Shown: positions 38,674 to 48,253 of the stretch, piece by piece
Layout: each line of letters begins with the position of its first letter
Position numbering within the stretch: position 1 is the stretch's first letter
Assembly (NCBI GenBank): GCA_965215605.1
Contig: OZ244070.1
Location: forward strand, 2,048,001-2,112,000
Source of the DNA: an uncultured Candidatus Binatia bacterium
GTDB lineage: Bacteria; Desulfobacterota; Binatia; UBA9968; JAJDTQ01
Length of the DNA stretch: 64,000 nucleotides
Reading direction: 5' to 3'
The notes under the pieces: model-generated
Databases searched by the model: none
What the model was told of the DNA's origin: nothing
Seen by the model: the letters and a program-made list of their open reading frames with translations, nothing else
Made by a program: the position numbers and the translations under genes

Positions 38674-39711
38674 CTACATCCCGAACAGCCGCATGGCGTT
38701 GCCGCCCAGGATCTTTTCCTTGTCGTCGTCCGAGATGCCCTCGAGATCCCGCACCATCCGCACCGTTCCTTCCTTCCAGGTACCCGACGGGTCGTTGTGC
38801 GGGTAGTCGCTGCCCACGGTCAGATTGTGGTCCTTCCAGAAGTCGCAGGCGTAGCGGATGGAGGTCTCGGCGGCGAAGGCCGACACCCAGATCTGGCTGA
38901 AGAACTCGCTGGGGTCCTTGCCCAGCTTCTTGCGGCCGTTGGGGTCCATGTCCAGGCGGTTCATGAGCCAGGGCACGAAGGCGGCCGAGCCTTCCACGAA
39001 ACAGATGCGCAGGTCGGGGAACTCCTTGAGGGCGCCGCGCAGGATCAGGCTCCCCATGTCCACGATGTAGCGGAAGGGGAACGCCAGCAGGAAGGGCAGG
39101 GCGTTGTTGTCGGCTTCCAGAAAGAGCTGTTCGATGCCCACCAGCGCCGGATTGGGATGGTCCTGGCGGTCCGACGCCGTGTCATGGACCAGGATCGGGA
39201 TGTCGAGCTGGCACACCTTGTCGTAGACCGGCCACAGCCGCTCCGCTCCCAGGTTGGCGTCCTCGAAGCCGCCCATGAACTTCACGGCCTTGATGCCGAG
39301 CTGGTTCACCATCCGGTCCAGCTCCTTGCAGGACTCTTCCACGTCCGGCAGGAACACCCAGCCGACGCCGATGTAGCGCTCGGGATGGGCGCATTCCGCC
39401 AGGTCCCGGGCCACCGCGTCATTGTATCGCCGGGCCAGCTCGCAACCCAGGTCCCGGTCCCAGGTGTACAGGAGCTCCCGGTTCTCCGGGATGAGCACGT
39501 GCTTGTCGAAGCCTTCGAAGTCGGCCTGCGCCACCCGTACGTCCAGGTCCCAGCGTCCCTTGGGCGCCTGGTTCTTGATGAGTGTCCCGTCCGGCAGCAC
39601 GGACTTGACCTCGTCGCCCTTCCGCACCACCCGCGGGGAGTCGGGGTATTGGTCGCTGATCCCTTCCAGGAACTTCACCGGGAAATAGTGGGTGTCGCAG
39701 TCGATGTACAT
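38674..39711 (-). CDS. Amidohydrolase-2 family protein
   Basis: IDCDTHY, PILVH, FPDLRICFVEG, GSDYPHND, LGGNAMRLF. Confidence 0.9.
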   Translation of the reverse strand: MYIDCDTHYFPVKFLEGISDQYPDSPRVVRKGDEVKSVLPDGTLIKNQAPKGRWDLDVRVAQADFEGFDKHVLIPENRELLYTWDRDLGCELARRYNDAVARDLAECAHPERYIGVGWVFLPDVEESCKELDRMVNQLGIKAVKFMGGFEDANLGAERLWPVYDKVCQLDIPILVHDTASDRQDHPNPALVGIEQLFLEADNNALPFLLAFPFRYIVDMGSLILRGALKEFPDLRICFVEGSAAFVPWLMNRLDMDPNGRKKLGKDPSEFFSQIWVSAFAAETSIRYACDFWKDHNLTVGSDYPHNDPSGTWKEGTVRMVRDLEGISDDDKEKILGGNAMRLFGM

Positions 39712-39732
39712 TAGCCGTCCTCCGTGATTGGC

Positions 39733-39769
39733 CGTTCGCCCTGAGCGTAGCGTAGCGAAGTCGAAGGGC
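39733..39769. repeat. REP-like family C (reverse)
   Basis: cgttcgccctgagcgtagcgtagcgaagtcgaagggc. Confidence 0.75.
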
Positions 39770-39770
39770 T

Positions 39771-40868
39771 CTACGCATACGTGAAGATCGCCCGGCCCAG
39801 GATCTTGCCTTCCTCCAGGTCGGTCACCGCCTCGTTGACCTGGTCCAGGGAGTAGCGGCGCGTCACCAGGTCGTCGAGCTTGAGCTTGCCTTCCCGGTAC
39901 CAGCGGACGAACGTGGGGAAGTCGCGGTCCGGGAGGCAGTCGCCGGCGTGGGTGCGGGTGAAGTAGCGGCCTCCGGCGAAAAGGTTCGTGTTGATCAGCG
40001 GCGTCGCGCCCGGTGGCGGCAGGCCTATCAGCAGGGCGGTCCCGCCGCGCTCGAGCCCCGGCGCCCCGGTGCGCACCGAACGCAGGATCTGGTCCTGGGT
40101 GGCGGGATGGCCCACCGCATCCAGCGCGAAGTCCGCGCCGCCGCCGGTGAGCTCGGTGATGGCTTCCACCGGGTCCACCTTGCTCGCGTTGATGCAGTGG
40201 GTGGCGCCGAAGCCCTTGGCGAACTCCAGCTTCCCGTCGTCCAGGTCCACGGCGATGAGCGGGTAGGCGTCCACCACCGCCGCGGCCGAGATGGCGCACA
40301 TGCCGATGCCGCCCACGCCGTAGACGGCCACCGATTGTCCCGGCCCCACCTTCAGCGTGTTGATGATGGCTCCCGAACCGGTGGTGACCGCGCAGCCGAT
40401 GATGGAGGTCACGTCGGTGTCCACGTCGTCGTCCATGGGAAGCACCACGCGCTCGGACGCCACCAGGTGTTCCGCCCAGGTGGACGCCGACGCCCAGATG
40501 GACTGTTCCCGCCAGGTGGCCGGAATGGGCGGCCGCATGTTGAGGGCGTGGGACACGGGCGGCAGCGGCGACTCCGGGGCGTTCCGGTCGACCCAGGTGG
40601 TGAAGACCCGGTCGCCTTCCTTCACGTGGTTCACGTCGCTGCCCTTGGCCACCACCACGCCGGTGGATTCGTGCCCCAGGAGCGCCGGCAGCTTGGAGCG
40701 CTGCTCATCGGGTGAGCGCTGGATCTGATGGAGCTGGGAGTGGCAGATGCCGCTGGCGTAGAGCTTCACCAGCACCTGATCCGGTGCGGGATCCGGGAGC
40801 GTGACCTCGTCCACCACCAAGGGCTTGCGTGATTCGACCAGGATTGCGGCCCGGGATTTGGTTGGCAT
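39771..40868 (-). CDS. Zinc-binding alcohol dehydrogenase
   Basis: GICHS, LGHE, IGCAVTTG, GVGGIG; the structural-Zn cysteine loop is absent. Confidence 0.9.
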   Translation of the reverse strand: MPTKSRAAILVESRKPLVVDEVTLPDPAPDQVLVKLYASGICHSQLHQIQRSPDEQRSKLPALLGHESTGVVVAKGSDVNHVKEGDRVFTTWVDRNAPESPLPPVSHALNMRPPIPATWREQSIWASASTWAEHLVASERVVLPMDDDVDTDVTSIIGCAVTTGSGAIINTLKVGPGQSVAVYGVGGIGMCAISAAAVVDAYPLIAVDLDDGKLEFAKGFGATHCINASKVDPVEAITELTGGGADFALDAVGHPATQDQILRSVRTGAPGLERGGTALLIGLPPPGATPLINTNLFAGGRYFTRTHAGDCLPDRDFPTFVRWYREGKLKLDDLVTRRYSLDQVNEAVTDLEEGKILGRAIFTYA

Positions 40869-41098
40869 GGCGCTTTCCTTTCCGTCATACGGCCCGGAAG
40901 CCGTGCCGGCCTGAAGGCCGTGATGCCGCATGGATTGGCGGCTTCGCAGTCTCGTGAGTAGTTGCCGAGGGGTTGTTTGTCAAGGGACCGGGGAGCCGTC
41001 GTTTCCGCTGGTTCCGCCGTTGAAAAGGTGTTAATCAGCGTACGAATACATCACGCGAAGATCTCGAACATCTCAATCCTGTTCAGGAGGTATTGACC

Positions 41099-42175
41099 AT
41101 GCCGACCATCGATGCCGACGCTCACGTCGTCGAATCCGAACGGACCTGGGACTACATGGATGCGGCCGATCAGAAGTACCGTCCCATCGTCGTCAAGCCG
41201 AGCGGCGACCAGGGAGGCGAGTACTGGTTCATCGACGGCAAGATCCGCGGCCTGGTGCGGATCGTCATGACCGCTCATGAGCTCGACGATGTCGCCGACC
41301 GTACCGGCCGGGTGATGTTTACGCCCCAGGAAACCCGCGAGATGGAGAACGTGGACGCTCGGGTCAAGCACATGGACGAGCTCGGCATCGACATCCAGGT
41401 GCTCTATCCGACTATTTTCATCGAGCAGATCACCGAGAAGCCCGAGTGGGAGATCCCCATTTGCAGGGGCTACAACCGCTGGCTGGCGGATATCCACCAG
41501 CAAGGGAAGGGCCGGCTACGGTGGATCTGCGTGCTGCCGCTGCTGGACATGAGCGCGTCTCTGGAGGAGCTGGAGTTCTGCAAGCAGAACGGCGCCTGCG
41601 GGGTCTTCATGCGCGGCATCGAGGGGCGCCGCCTTCTCACCGACCCCTACTTCTATCCCCTGTACGAGAAGATGAGCGAGCTTGACATGGCCGTGGGCGT
41701 GCACGTCGGAAACGGCAACCCGCAGGAAGAGGACCTCGTGTCCCAGTACAACGGCGGCGGCAGCTTCTGGAAGTTCCGCATCCCCGTCATCGGCGCGTTC
41801 CACTCGGTGATCATGGGCGAGATCCCCAAGATGTTTCCCAAGCTTCGTTTCCACTGGGCCGAGGCCGCGGCCCTCTGGGTCCCCTACGTCGTCAAGGACC
41901 TGAAACGCCGCTGGGGCGCCCAGAACAAGGACTTTCCGGACAACCCGCTCAAGGAATACCGGCAGTACGTGTCGTGCCAGACCGACGACGACGTCGACTA
42001 CATCTTCAGGTACTCCGGCGAGGACAACATCGTCATCGGCACCGACTACGGCCACAACGACCAGTCCACCGAAATCGAGGCGCTGCGCAACCTGAAGGAG
42101 CTCGGCAGCATTACCGCGCCCCAGTACGAGAAGATCATCGACGATAACCCGAAGACGCTGTTCGGGTTGCAGTAG
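41099..42175 (+). CDS. Amidohydrolase-2 family protein
   Basis: IDADAHVVE, GIDIQVLYPT, YNRWLAD, GTDYGHND; AGGAGG RBS. Confidence 0.92.
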   Translation: MPTIDADAHVVESERTWDYMDAADQKYRPIVVKPSGDQGGEYWFIDGKIRGLVRIVMTAHELDDVADRTGRVMFTPQETREMENVDARVKHMDELGIDIQVLYPTIFIEQITEKPEWEIPICRGYNRWLADIHQQGKGRLRWICVLPLLDMSASLEELEFCKQNGACGVFMRGIEGRRLLTDPYFYPLYEKMSELDMAVGVHVGNGNPQEEDLVSQYNGGGSFWKFRIPVIGAFHSVIMGEIPKMFPKLRFHWAEAAALWVPYVVKDLKRRWGAQNKDFPDNPLKEYRQYVSCQTDDDVDYIFRYSGEDNIVIGTDYGHNDQSTEIEALRNLKELGSITAPQYEKIIDDNPKTLFGLQ

Positions 42176-42224
42176 GGATTGGCGAGTTCGCTCCCCGAGC
42201 GGCGGGGGTTGGTGTCAGTTAGGG

Positions 42225-42251
42225 GAAGGGCGGGTTTGAAACCCGCCCTTC
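42225..42251. terminator. Hairpin between convergent genes (REP family D-derived)
   Basis: gaagggcgggtttgaaacccgcccttc. Confidence 0.65.
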
Positions 42252-42263
42252 GTCGTTGTGCTG

Positions 42264-42809
42264 CTAGTCCGCTTTGGTGCGGACCCGCCACCGCTGGTAC
42301 TTGGCGGTTTTCTCGTCACAAGGCTCCAGGGTCAGGCGTCGTATGAGATGCGGCGGCCGGCCGCCTCCTCCCTGCCTCGATTCGCCCCCCGCCACCGTCA
42401 CGCACAGATTCGGCGCGCTCTTGGTGACGATCGCACCCTCGGACGTCATGGAAAACCCCTGCGGCGGCGAGCCGTCGCATTTGGCGAGCCCGAGGCCGGC
42501 CCCCGCCTCGGCCCCGCCCGCGGTCATGCAAACATCGAACCCCGGCATGTGGAAGCGCCCCGCCTTGATGCCGTCGCTGTCGAACCCCTGGTCGACGCCG
42601 AGTTGGCCCTGATAGCTGTAGCAACTGTGGGCCTGAAGGCCTCTGTCGACCCTGGCGCGTTCCTTGTAGCCGCGGATGTCCAGGCAAAAGCCGCGCTGGT
42701 CGTCCAGGCGGTCGACCAGGAGAACCTCCACGGTTTCGCCCGCTACGGCGGGGCCGGCAAGCGCGGCGCCGACGAGAACGGTCAAGAAAATGAGTCCGAG
42801 GTATTTCAT
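42264..42809 (-). CDS. Secreted ricin-type beta-trefoil lectin-like protein
   Basis: Signal peptide; repeated GFCLDI / VCMT / LCVT..C..QRW units. Confidence 0.75.
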   Translation of the reverse strand: MKYLGLIFLTVLVGAALAGPAVAGETVEVLLVDRLDDQRGFCLDIRGYKERARVDRGLQAHSCYSYQGQLGVDQGFDSDGIKAGRFHMPGFDVCMTAGGAEAGAGLGLAKCDGSPPQGFSMTSEGAIVTKSAPNLCVTVAGGESRQGGGGRPPHLIRRLTLEPCDEKTAKYQRWRVRTKAD

Positions 42810-42855
42810 GGGACCTCCGTTCATTGGACAGACAGGGATTAGACGGACAGGGGTT

Positions 42856-43845
42856 TCAAGCGTCGAGTTTCAGCAGCCGTGCGGCCGTGCCCCCCAGAAT
42901 GTCCTCCTTGACCTGCTCCTCAAGCTCCAGGTTCCGGACCGCTGCGATGTACCCACGTATCGCCTGGTTGCCCTTGCCGCCCTGCGTGCTCACGCCGGTG
43001 AAGTTTTGCGGATAGTCGGTGGCGAACACGAGTCTGTCCGGGCGGATGCCCAGCAAGCCGCAACCGAAGGCCGTGAGGCCTCCCTCGAAGCCCGAGAGGT
43101 CGAAGTAGAGCCGATCGAAATACTCCTCGAACGAGTGTTGCAACGTGCCGAACCGGTGCGCCATGGCCACCAGCCGGTCCTTGAACGCGGCGATACCGCC
43201 GCCGAAGTGCCCGATGACGAAGTCGATCTCCGGGTGGCGGTCCAGCACCCCGCCGGCGATCAACCGGATGGTCGCGATGGTCAGGTCGATCTCCCTGCCG
43301 ATGATGCGCGGCAGATCGTAGCCCTGAATCGAATCATAACCCTTGGGCACCAGCGCCGGGTGCACGAATATCGGGACGCCGAGCCGCGCGACCCGCTCGT
43401 AGAACCGGTCCAACTCCGGCGCGTCGAGAAAAAGCCCGCCTACCTGTGAGGTGATGGTCACGCCGTGGAGTCCGCGCTCCCGGATCGCCCGATCCAGCTC
43501 GTCCAGCGCCTTGTCGCCTTCAAGGACCGGCGCATGCGCCAGCCCGACGAACCGCCCGTTGTACCGCCGCTCCAGCTCCGCGTAGCTGTCATTGATGACC
43601 CTGCAATCCTCCAGGCTCCCGTCCCACCCCAGATGGCAGGACACCACCGACACGTCCACCCCGGCCTCGTCCATGTCCTGGAGCTGCGCCTCCGCGTCGT
43701 ACAGCTTCGAGTGAAGTGTCATCCGCGGCACCCCGCCCTCAGTGGCCACGGCGACCTTGTCGGAGTAGAGGCCTTTCTTTCGGGCCAGGGACTCGGGGAC
43801 GTAGTGATGTTGAAAGTCTATGACCACAGACCTACCATTTGTCAT
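42856..43845 (-). CDS. Amidohydrolase-2 family protein (ACMSD/decarboxylase-like)
   Basis: IDFQHH, PIFVHP, GHFGG, FATDYPQ, ILGGTAARLL. Confidence 0.9.
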   Translation of the reverse strand: MTNGRSVVIDFQHHYVPESLARKKGLYSDKVAVATEGGVPRMTLHSKLYDAEAQLQDMDEAGVDVSVVSCHLGWDGSLEDCRVINDSYAELERRYNGRFVGLAHAPVLEGDKALDELDRAIRERGLHGVTITSQVGGLFLDAPELDRFYERVARLGVPIFVHPALVPKGYDSIQGYDLPRIIGREIDLTIATIRLIAGGVLDRHPEIDFVIGHFGGGIAAFKDRLVAMAHRFGTLQHSFEEYFDRLYFDLSGFEGGLTAFGCGLLGIRPDRLVFATDYPQNFTGVSTQGGKGNQAIRGYIAAVRNLELEEQVKEDILGGTAARLLKLDA

Positions 43846-44359
43846 CGTCCGGCAAGGAGAGGAATTGGAGGGCCTCAAGTACCTCGTCGAGCGCCGAAAC
43901 TGAACCGTCGCCGTATACGGCATTGGGTCGTTCAGTTGTCGACTCAAGCTCGTACTGACTCTGTGCCCCATCCAGAATTTGGGACAGGCTGGCGGCAGCA
44001 ATAAGGCGTATTTGGGGGTAGTGGATCATGCCGCCAGGGTCCTGTTTAACATATTCGGCGTTTCCGGTAGAGCGGGCAGAGGGGCACGCGAACGGCGGCG
44101 CTTGGCCGCCTCTGCGGTGGTATGCCCCCGTCGTAGGCTTCGGCCGGGTTGGCATCACCCAAGGCGGAATGAGGTCTCTCGGTGTCAAAAAGACCCCCCA
44201 CCGGGCGATGACCCGTTGAGTCTGGAACCCGCGATCATGGCCCAAAGCCGATTCCCCGGGACCACCTCAAGGTGCCTGTCTCTAAACTTTTGAAGTCCGG
44301 CTTGCCTGGTGGTATCTGGTTAAGGGTATAGTTGGGTTGCACGCCCTGGAGATACCAAC

Positions 44360-45481
44360 CTGCCTACTGGACACAAGATATTCGAGCTGCGTTATGTCGG
44401 GGCACGGTTTGAAGGCCCGCGCCTGCCGACGACGCTGCTGGCCGACCTGTCTGCTTTCCGCGACTTGCTGGTCGCCTACGCCAAGGATCGCTGGCGAGAG
44501 TCGCATGCTGACCGTGAACGCCTCCCCAAGGGGTTCGACAAAAGCATCTCACTTGACTTGGTCGGGATCGAGGATGGGAGTGCAGTTCCAAAACTCGACT
44601 GGAGCCTGGAACAAGCGCAGATAACATTGCCGGGTTTCACGGACGAGCTCGAAGAGATTGTCGATCAGTCCTTCAAGGACCTGGTCGGCCTGATCGATGG
44701 CGCCGGCCAAGACCGCTTCCCTACAGCACTTTCCTCTGAGCACATCCGCGCCCTCAACAAACTCGGCGCCGGTCTACGCGATCAGGAAAGGATCGAGTTC
44801 CCAGACCCGCCTGATCCTGACGGAAACGTTGTCTTTCTCGACAATTATCGCCGAAAAGCCCTCATCACCCATGTACGGGAGACTTACCAGCTCCGCTTCG
44901 AAGGAATCGGCGACCTGCGCGGGTTCAACGTAGCCGGCTACATTGATGTCCATACCCAGGAATACGGAGAACTGAGGATCGATGTGGACAGTGATCGGAT
45001 CGCGGCAGAGTTCGACGGGAATATAGGTGCCGCAATTCAGTTCGAGCTCATGATCGAGCTCGATAACAGAGACACTTTCCGCAGCATCATCGATGTCTTC
45101 GATGTGGAGTTGATCGACCCTGATCTGGCGGACAATGTGATGCGTTGTATGGAACGATTGACCGATCTCGGGAACCTCCAGGACGGGTGGCACGATGGTG
45201 AAGGCTCCGCGCCATCCGACGAAGCCATCAAGGTAGCGAAGAACTTTCTCAGACAACGTCCGTCGATGACGGGAGCCCTTTCAGTCTTCCCGACCCTTGC
45301 GGGCGGCGTGCTGTTCGAGTTTGAAGTCCACGGCTGGGACTATTCCGTCGAGATTGAAGCCGATGGAGGGCTGGAGTTCTTCGGTATACAGATCGACGGT
45401 CCGGAGGAGTTGGAGGCAAGACACTATATGAACGCCGGAGAAGAGTTCCTGGCCGAATTCGATGGGCGAGTAGGGGTGTAG
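44360..45481 (+). CDS. Hypothetical protein; N-terminal domain shared with 34586 protein, C-terminal DGW..AP..GGV.FE domain
   Basis: Frame open back to TAA at 44321; homologous FELRYVG..EG segment lies upstream of the listed TTG 44465; GGAG at 44348 then CTG at 44360. Confidence 0.75.
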   Translation: MPTGHKIFELRYVGARFEGPRLPTTLLADLSAFRDLLVAYAKDRWRESHADRERLPKGFDKSISLDLVGIEDGSAVPKLDWSLEQAQITLPGFTDELEEIVDQSFKDLVGLIDGAGQDRFPTALSSEHIRALNKLGAGLRDQERIEFPDPPDPDGNVVFLDNYRRKALITHVRETYQLRFEGIGDLRGFNVAGYIDVHTQEYGELRIDVDSDRIAAEFDGNIGAAIQFELMIELDNRDTFRSIIDVFDVELIDPDLADNVMRCMERLTDLGNLQDGWHDGEGSAPSDEAIKVAKNFLRQRPSMTGALSVFPTLAGGVLFEFEVHGWDYSVEIEADGGLEFFGIQIDGPEELEARHYMNAGEEFLAEFDGRVGV

Positions 45482-45488
45482 GTTCCCG

Positions 45489-45887
45489 ATGGCCGTCCAA
45501 CTATCCGATGACGACGAAGTACTGTTTCGGCAAGTACATCCTGACTTCATGCAGGGTGATGTGCCGTCAAGCCAGTCGTTCATGCCGACACCGAAAGACG
45601 ACAACAAGCTCTCCGTTGACCGTTCAGCCCTGACAACGGCGAAGGATTCCTATCGGCTATTTACTGGTAATGGTCTCAAGTCCACGGCCGTGTATGGCCT
45701 GACCGTAGGAGAGTTTCGCGGACAGGACATCCCCTGCGTAGAGGATCCGTTGGATGCGAGCGACGGCATGGCCGCCAATCCGGCTCACGCTCTTGCGGAC
45801 TATGAAGCCCATGCGCCAACCCGGCAGAAGACGAAAGCTAAGCGCTTGAAGCAAAAGGCGTTAGCTCGCGGACGGCTCTATCCCTGA
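45489..45887 (+). CDS. Small hypothetical protein, ADP-ribosyltransferase-like toxin candidate
   Basis: EVLFRQVHP (R), SF.P, LSVD (S), NPAHA (H) motif spacing; 7 bp after partner gene. Confidence 0.65.
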   Translation: MAVQLSDDDEVLFRQVHPDFMQGDVPSSQSFMPTPKDDNKLSVDRSALTTAKDSYRLFTGNGLKSTAVYGLTVGEFRGQDIPCVEDPLDASDGMAANPAHALADYEAHAPTRQKTKAKRLKQKALARGRLYP

Positions 45888-45932
45888 CCTGAACAGCGAC
45901 AGATTCCCAACCCGCTCTGATCGTCTATTCTG

Positions 45933-45962
45933 TTGACACTGCGCCTCTCCGTTGGATACCAT
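45933..45962 (+). promoter_or_regulatory. Sigma70-type promoter
   Basis: TTGACA-18 bp-TACCAT upstream of the molybdopterin oxidoreductase. Confidence 0.55.
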
Positions 45963-46071
45963 CCGGCGGTCAAAGTGTCGGCAGGCTGTCGACCCTCACC
46001 TCAATCCTCTTCTGGAGGGAAAGGGAGCAAAGAAGCTTTTCAGGCTCCCGTCGATTACCGGTAACAATGCC

Positions 46072-48219
46072 ATGAACACCACCCAATCCATCATCCCCAG
46101 CACCTGCTGGGAGTGCAGCGCCCATTGCGGGTCGCTGGTGACCGTCGAGGACGGGCGGGTGACCAAGGTGTCGCCGTACCCGGAGCATCCGGCGTCGCTG
46201 GGGGCGTTCTGCGTGAAGGGGATACGGGGGTTGCCGGAGCTGACCTACCATCCGGACCGGGTGCTTTATCCGATGAAGCGCACCGGGCCTCGGGGTGGGG
46301 GGCGGTGGCAGCGGGTGTCGTGGGACGAGGCGCTGGACGAGATGGCCGAGGCGATGCTGGCGGTGCGGGAGCGGTACGGGCCGAAGGCGCTGTGCGGGGC
46401 GGTGAGCAACGCGCATTTCAGCCGCGGGGTGATGCTGGCGCTGCTCCTGCGCGCTTTCGGGTCGCCCAACTGGATGATGAACCAGGACCTTTGCGGCGGG
46501 TGCCGGGCGCTGAGCGACCGGATCACGGGGCTGGCCATCAGCAAGGGCGAGGACATCGACAATACCCGGTGCGCGCTGGTGGTGGGGCGGAATCCGTATG
46601 CGGCGGACCCGCCACAGTGGCAGGCGCTCAAGCGCGCCAAGGCGAAGGGCGCGCGTGTCGTGGTGATCGATCCGGGCGAAACGCCGGCGGCCACCATGGC
46701 CGATGTTTGGCTGCGGCCGCGGCCGGGTACGGATGCGGCCATCGGGCTGGCGATGATCCACTGGCTGGTGGAGCATGGCCGCTACGACCGTGAGTTCGTG
46801 GAGCGCTGGTGCCATGGCTTCGACGCGCTGGTGGAGCGGGCGGCGCAGTATCCTGCCGGACGCGCCGCGGAGTTGACCGGGGTGCCGCAGGCGGACATCG
46901 AGAAGGCTGCGGAGTACTACGCGGACGGCCCCTCCTGCTTCGTGAGCGGGCACGGCATCGACGCCTTCAGCGCCGGGGTCCAGACCTTCCGCGCTTTCCA
47001 TTGCCTGGTGGCGATCAGCGGCAACCTGGACCGCGAGGGCGGCAACCGGCGCGTCAAGAAACCGGCCGGGTTCACCAACTACATCGAGGTGCTGCACAAG
47101 CCCGAGTTCCGGCTGCCGCTGGAAGTGGAGAACCAGACCATCGGCGCCGACCGCTTCCCGCTGTGGGCGGGACCCGAGGGCTGGCAGACCGCGTGCCACA
47201 ACCCATCGGTGATCGAGGCGGTGCTCAGCGGCAAACCCTACCCGGTGCGCGCCCTGTACATCAGCGGTGTGAACATTGTGGTGACGTATCCCGACACGCC
47301 CAAGACTCTGGAGGCGCTCAAGTCTTTGGACTTTCTGGCGGTGGCCACCCACATGATGAATCCCACGGCCGAGTTCGCGGACATCGTGCTGCCCAAGACC
47401 ACCGGCCTGGAGGATGAGGAGGTGTCGCTGGAGGGGTCGGGTCCGTGTCTGAGCCTGATTCAACCGGCGGTGGAGCCTTTGGGCGAGGCGCGCGGCGACT
47501 TCCGCATCGCCCATGACTTGGCCCGGCGCATCGAAGCCCGGGGCGTCACCGAAGCGCGGCGCTTCATCCCGTGGGAGACCAAGCGCGAGTTCAACGAGTT
47601 TTTGTTGGGCGACTGCGGGATCACCATGGAGCAGTTGCGCGAGAAGGGTTACGCCAACTTCCCGTTCACCTGCGGCGACTTCGAGAAAAGCGGCTTCAAG
47701 ACCAGGACGGGCAAGGTGGAGCTCTATTCCGAGCGCCTCGCCAAGTTGGGGCTGGACCCGCTGCCGGACTACACGCCGACCCGCACCGAGCGCGAGACGC
47801 CCGCGGTGCGCGACTCCTACCCGCTGACCTTGCTCACCGGGGTGCGGGAGCGCACCTACCACCATTCGCGTTTTCGCGACCAGGGCTGGGCGCGCAAGGT
47901 TTCGCCGGAGCCGCGGCTGCAATTGCATCCGGATACGGCCACGCAATACCGGCTGGCCCACGACGACTGGGTGTGGGTGGAGACCGCCGGCGGGCCGGGC
48001 CGCTGCCGCCTGAAGGTGCGGGTCACCGAGGCGACCCTGCCCGGGGTGGCGCGCACCGGCATGGGCTGGTGGTACCCGGAGGCGGAAGCCCCCCACCGCG
48101 GCGCCCTGGAGGTGAACATCAACGCCGCCATGCGCTATGATGGGCCGTGGGACCCGGTGACGGGATCGGCGGACACGCGCGGGCTGCCGTGCCGCATCGC
48201 CAAGGTCGAGAACCCGTGA
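46072..48219 (+). CDS. Cytoplasmic bis-MGD molybdopterin oxidoreductase (acetylene hydratase-like clade)
   Basis: CWECSAHC..C [4Fe-4S], SWDEALD, NQDLCGGC putative Cys ligand, PGTDAA, ADIVLP; no Tat signal. Confidence 0.9.
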   Translation: MNTTQSIIPSTCWECSAHCGSLVTVEDGRVTKVSPYPEHPASLGAFCVKGIRGLPELTYHPDRVLYPMKRTGPRGGGRWQRVSWDEALDEMAEAMLAVRERYGPKALCGAVSNAHFSRGVMLALLLRAFGSPNWMMNQDLCGGCRALSDRITGLAISKGEDIDNTRCALVVGRNPYAADPPQWQALKRAKAKGARVVVIDPGETPAATMADVWLRPRPGTDAAIGLAMIHWLVEHGRYDREFVERWCHGFDALVERAAQYPAGRAAELTGVPQADIEKAAEYYADGPSCFVSGHGIDAFSAGVQTFRAFHCLVAISGNLDREGGNRRVKKPAGFTNYIEVLHKPEFRLPLEVENQTIGADRFPLWAGPEGWQTACHNPSVIEAVLSGKPYPVRALYISGVNIVVTYPDTPKTLEALKSLDFLAVATHMMNPTAEFADIVLPKTTGLEDEEVSLEGSGPCLSLIQPAVEPLGEARGDFRIAHDLARRIEARGVTEARRFIPWETKREFNEFLLGDCGITMEQLREKGYANFPFTCGDFEKSGFKTRTGKVELYSERLAKLGLDPLPDYTPTRTERETPAVRDSYPLTLLTGVRERTYHHSRFRDQGWARKVSPEPRLQLHPDTATQYRLAHDDWVWVETAGGPGRCRLKVRVTEATLPGVARTGMGWWYPEAEAPHRGALEVNINAAMRYDGPWDPVTGSADTRGLPCRIAKVENP

Positions 48220-48253
48220 GACAAAATTCCGGGCGAAGTTCGGAGGAAGCCCC

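Noticed and set aside
45963-46071. Moco riboswitch upstream of the Mo enzyme
   Set aside because: Only scattered submotifs (ggaaaggga, ggctcccg) in the wrong order; better explained by a degenerate REP. An Rfam cmsearch would settle it
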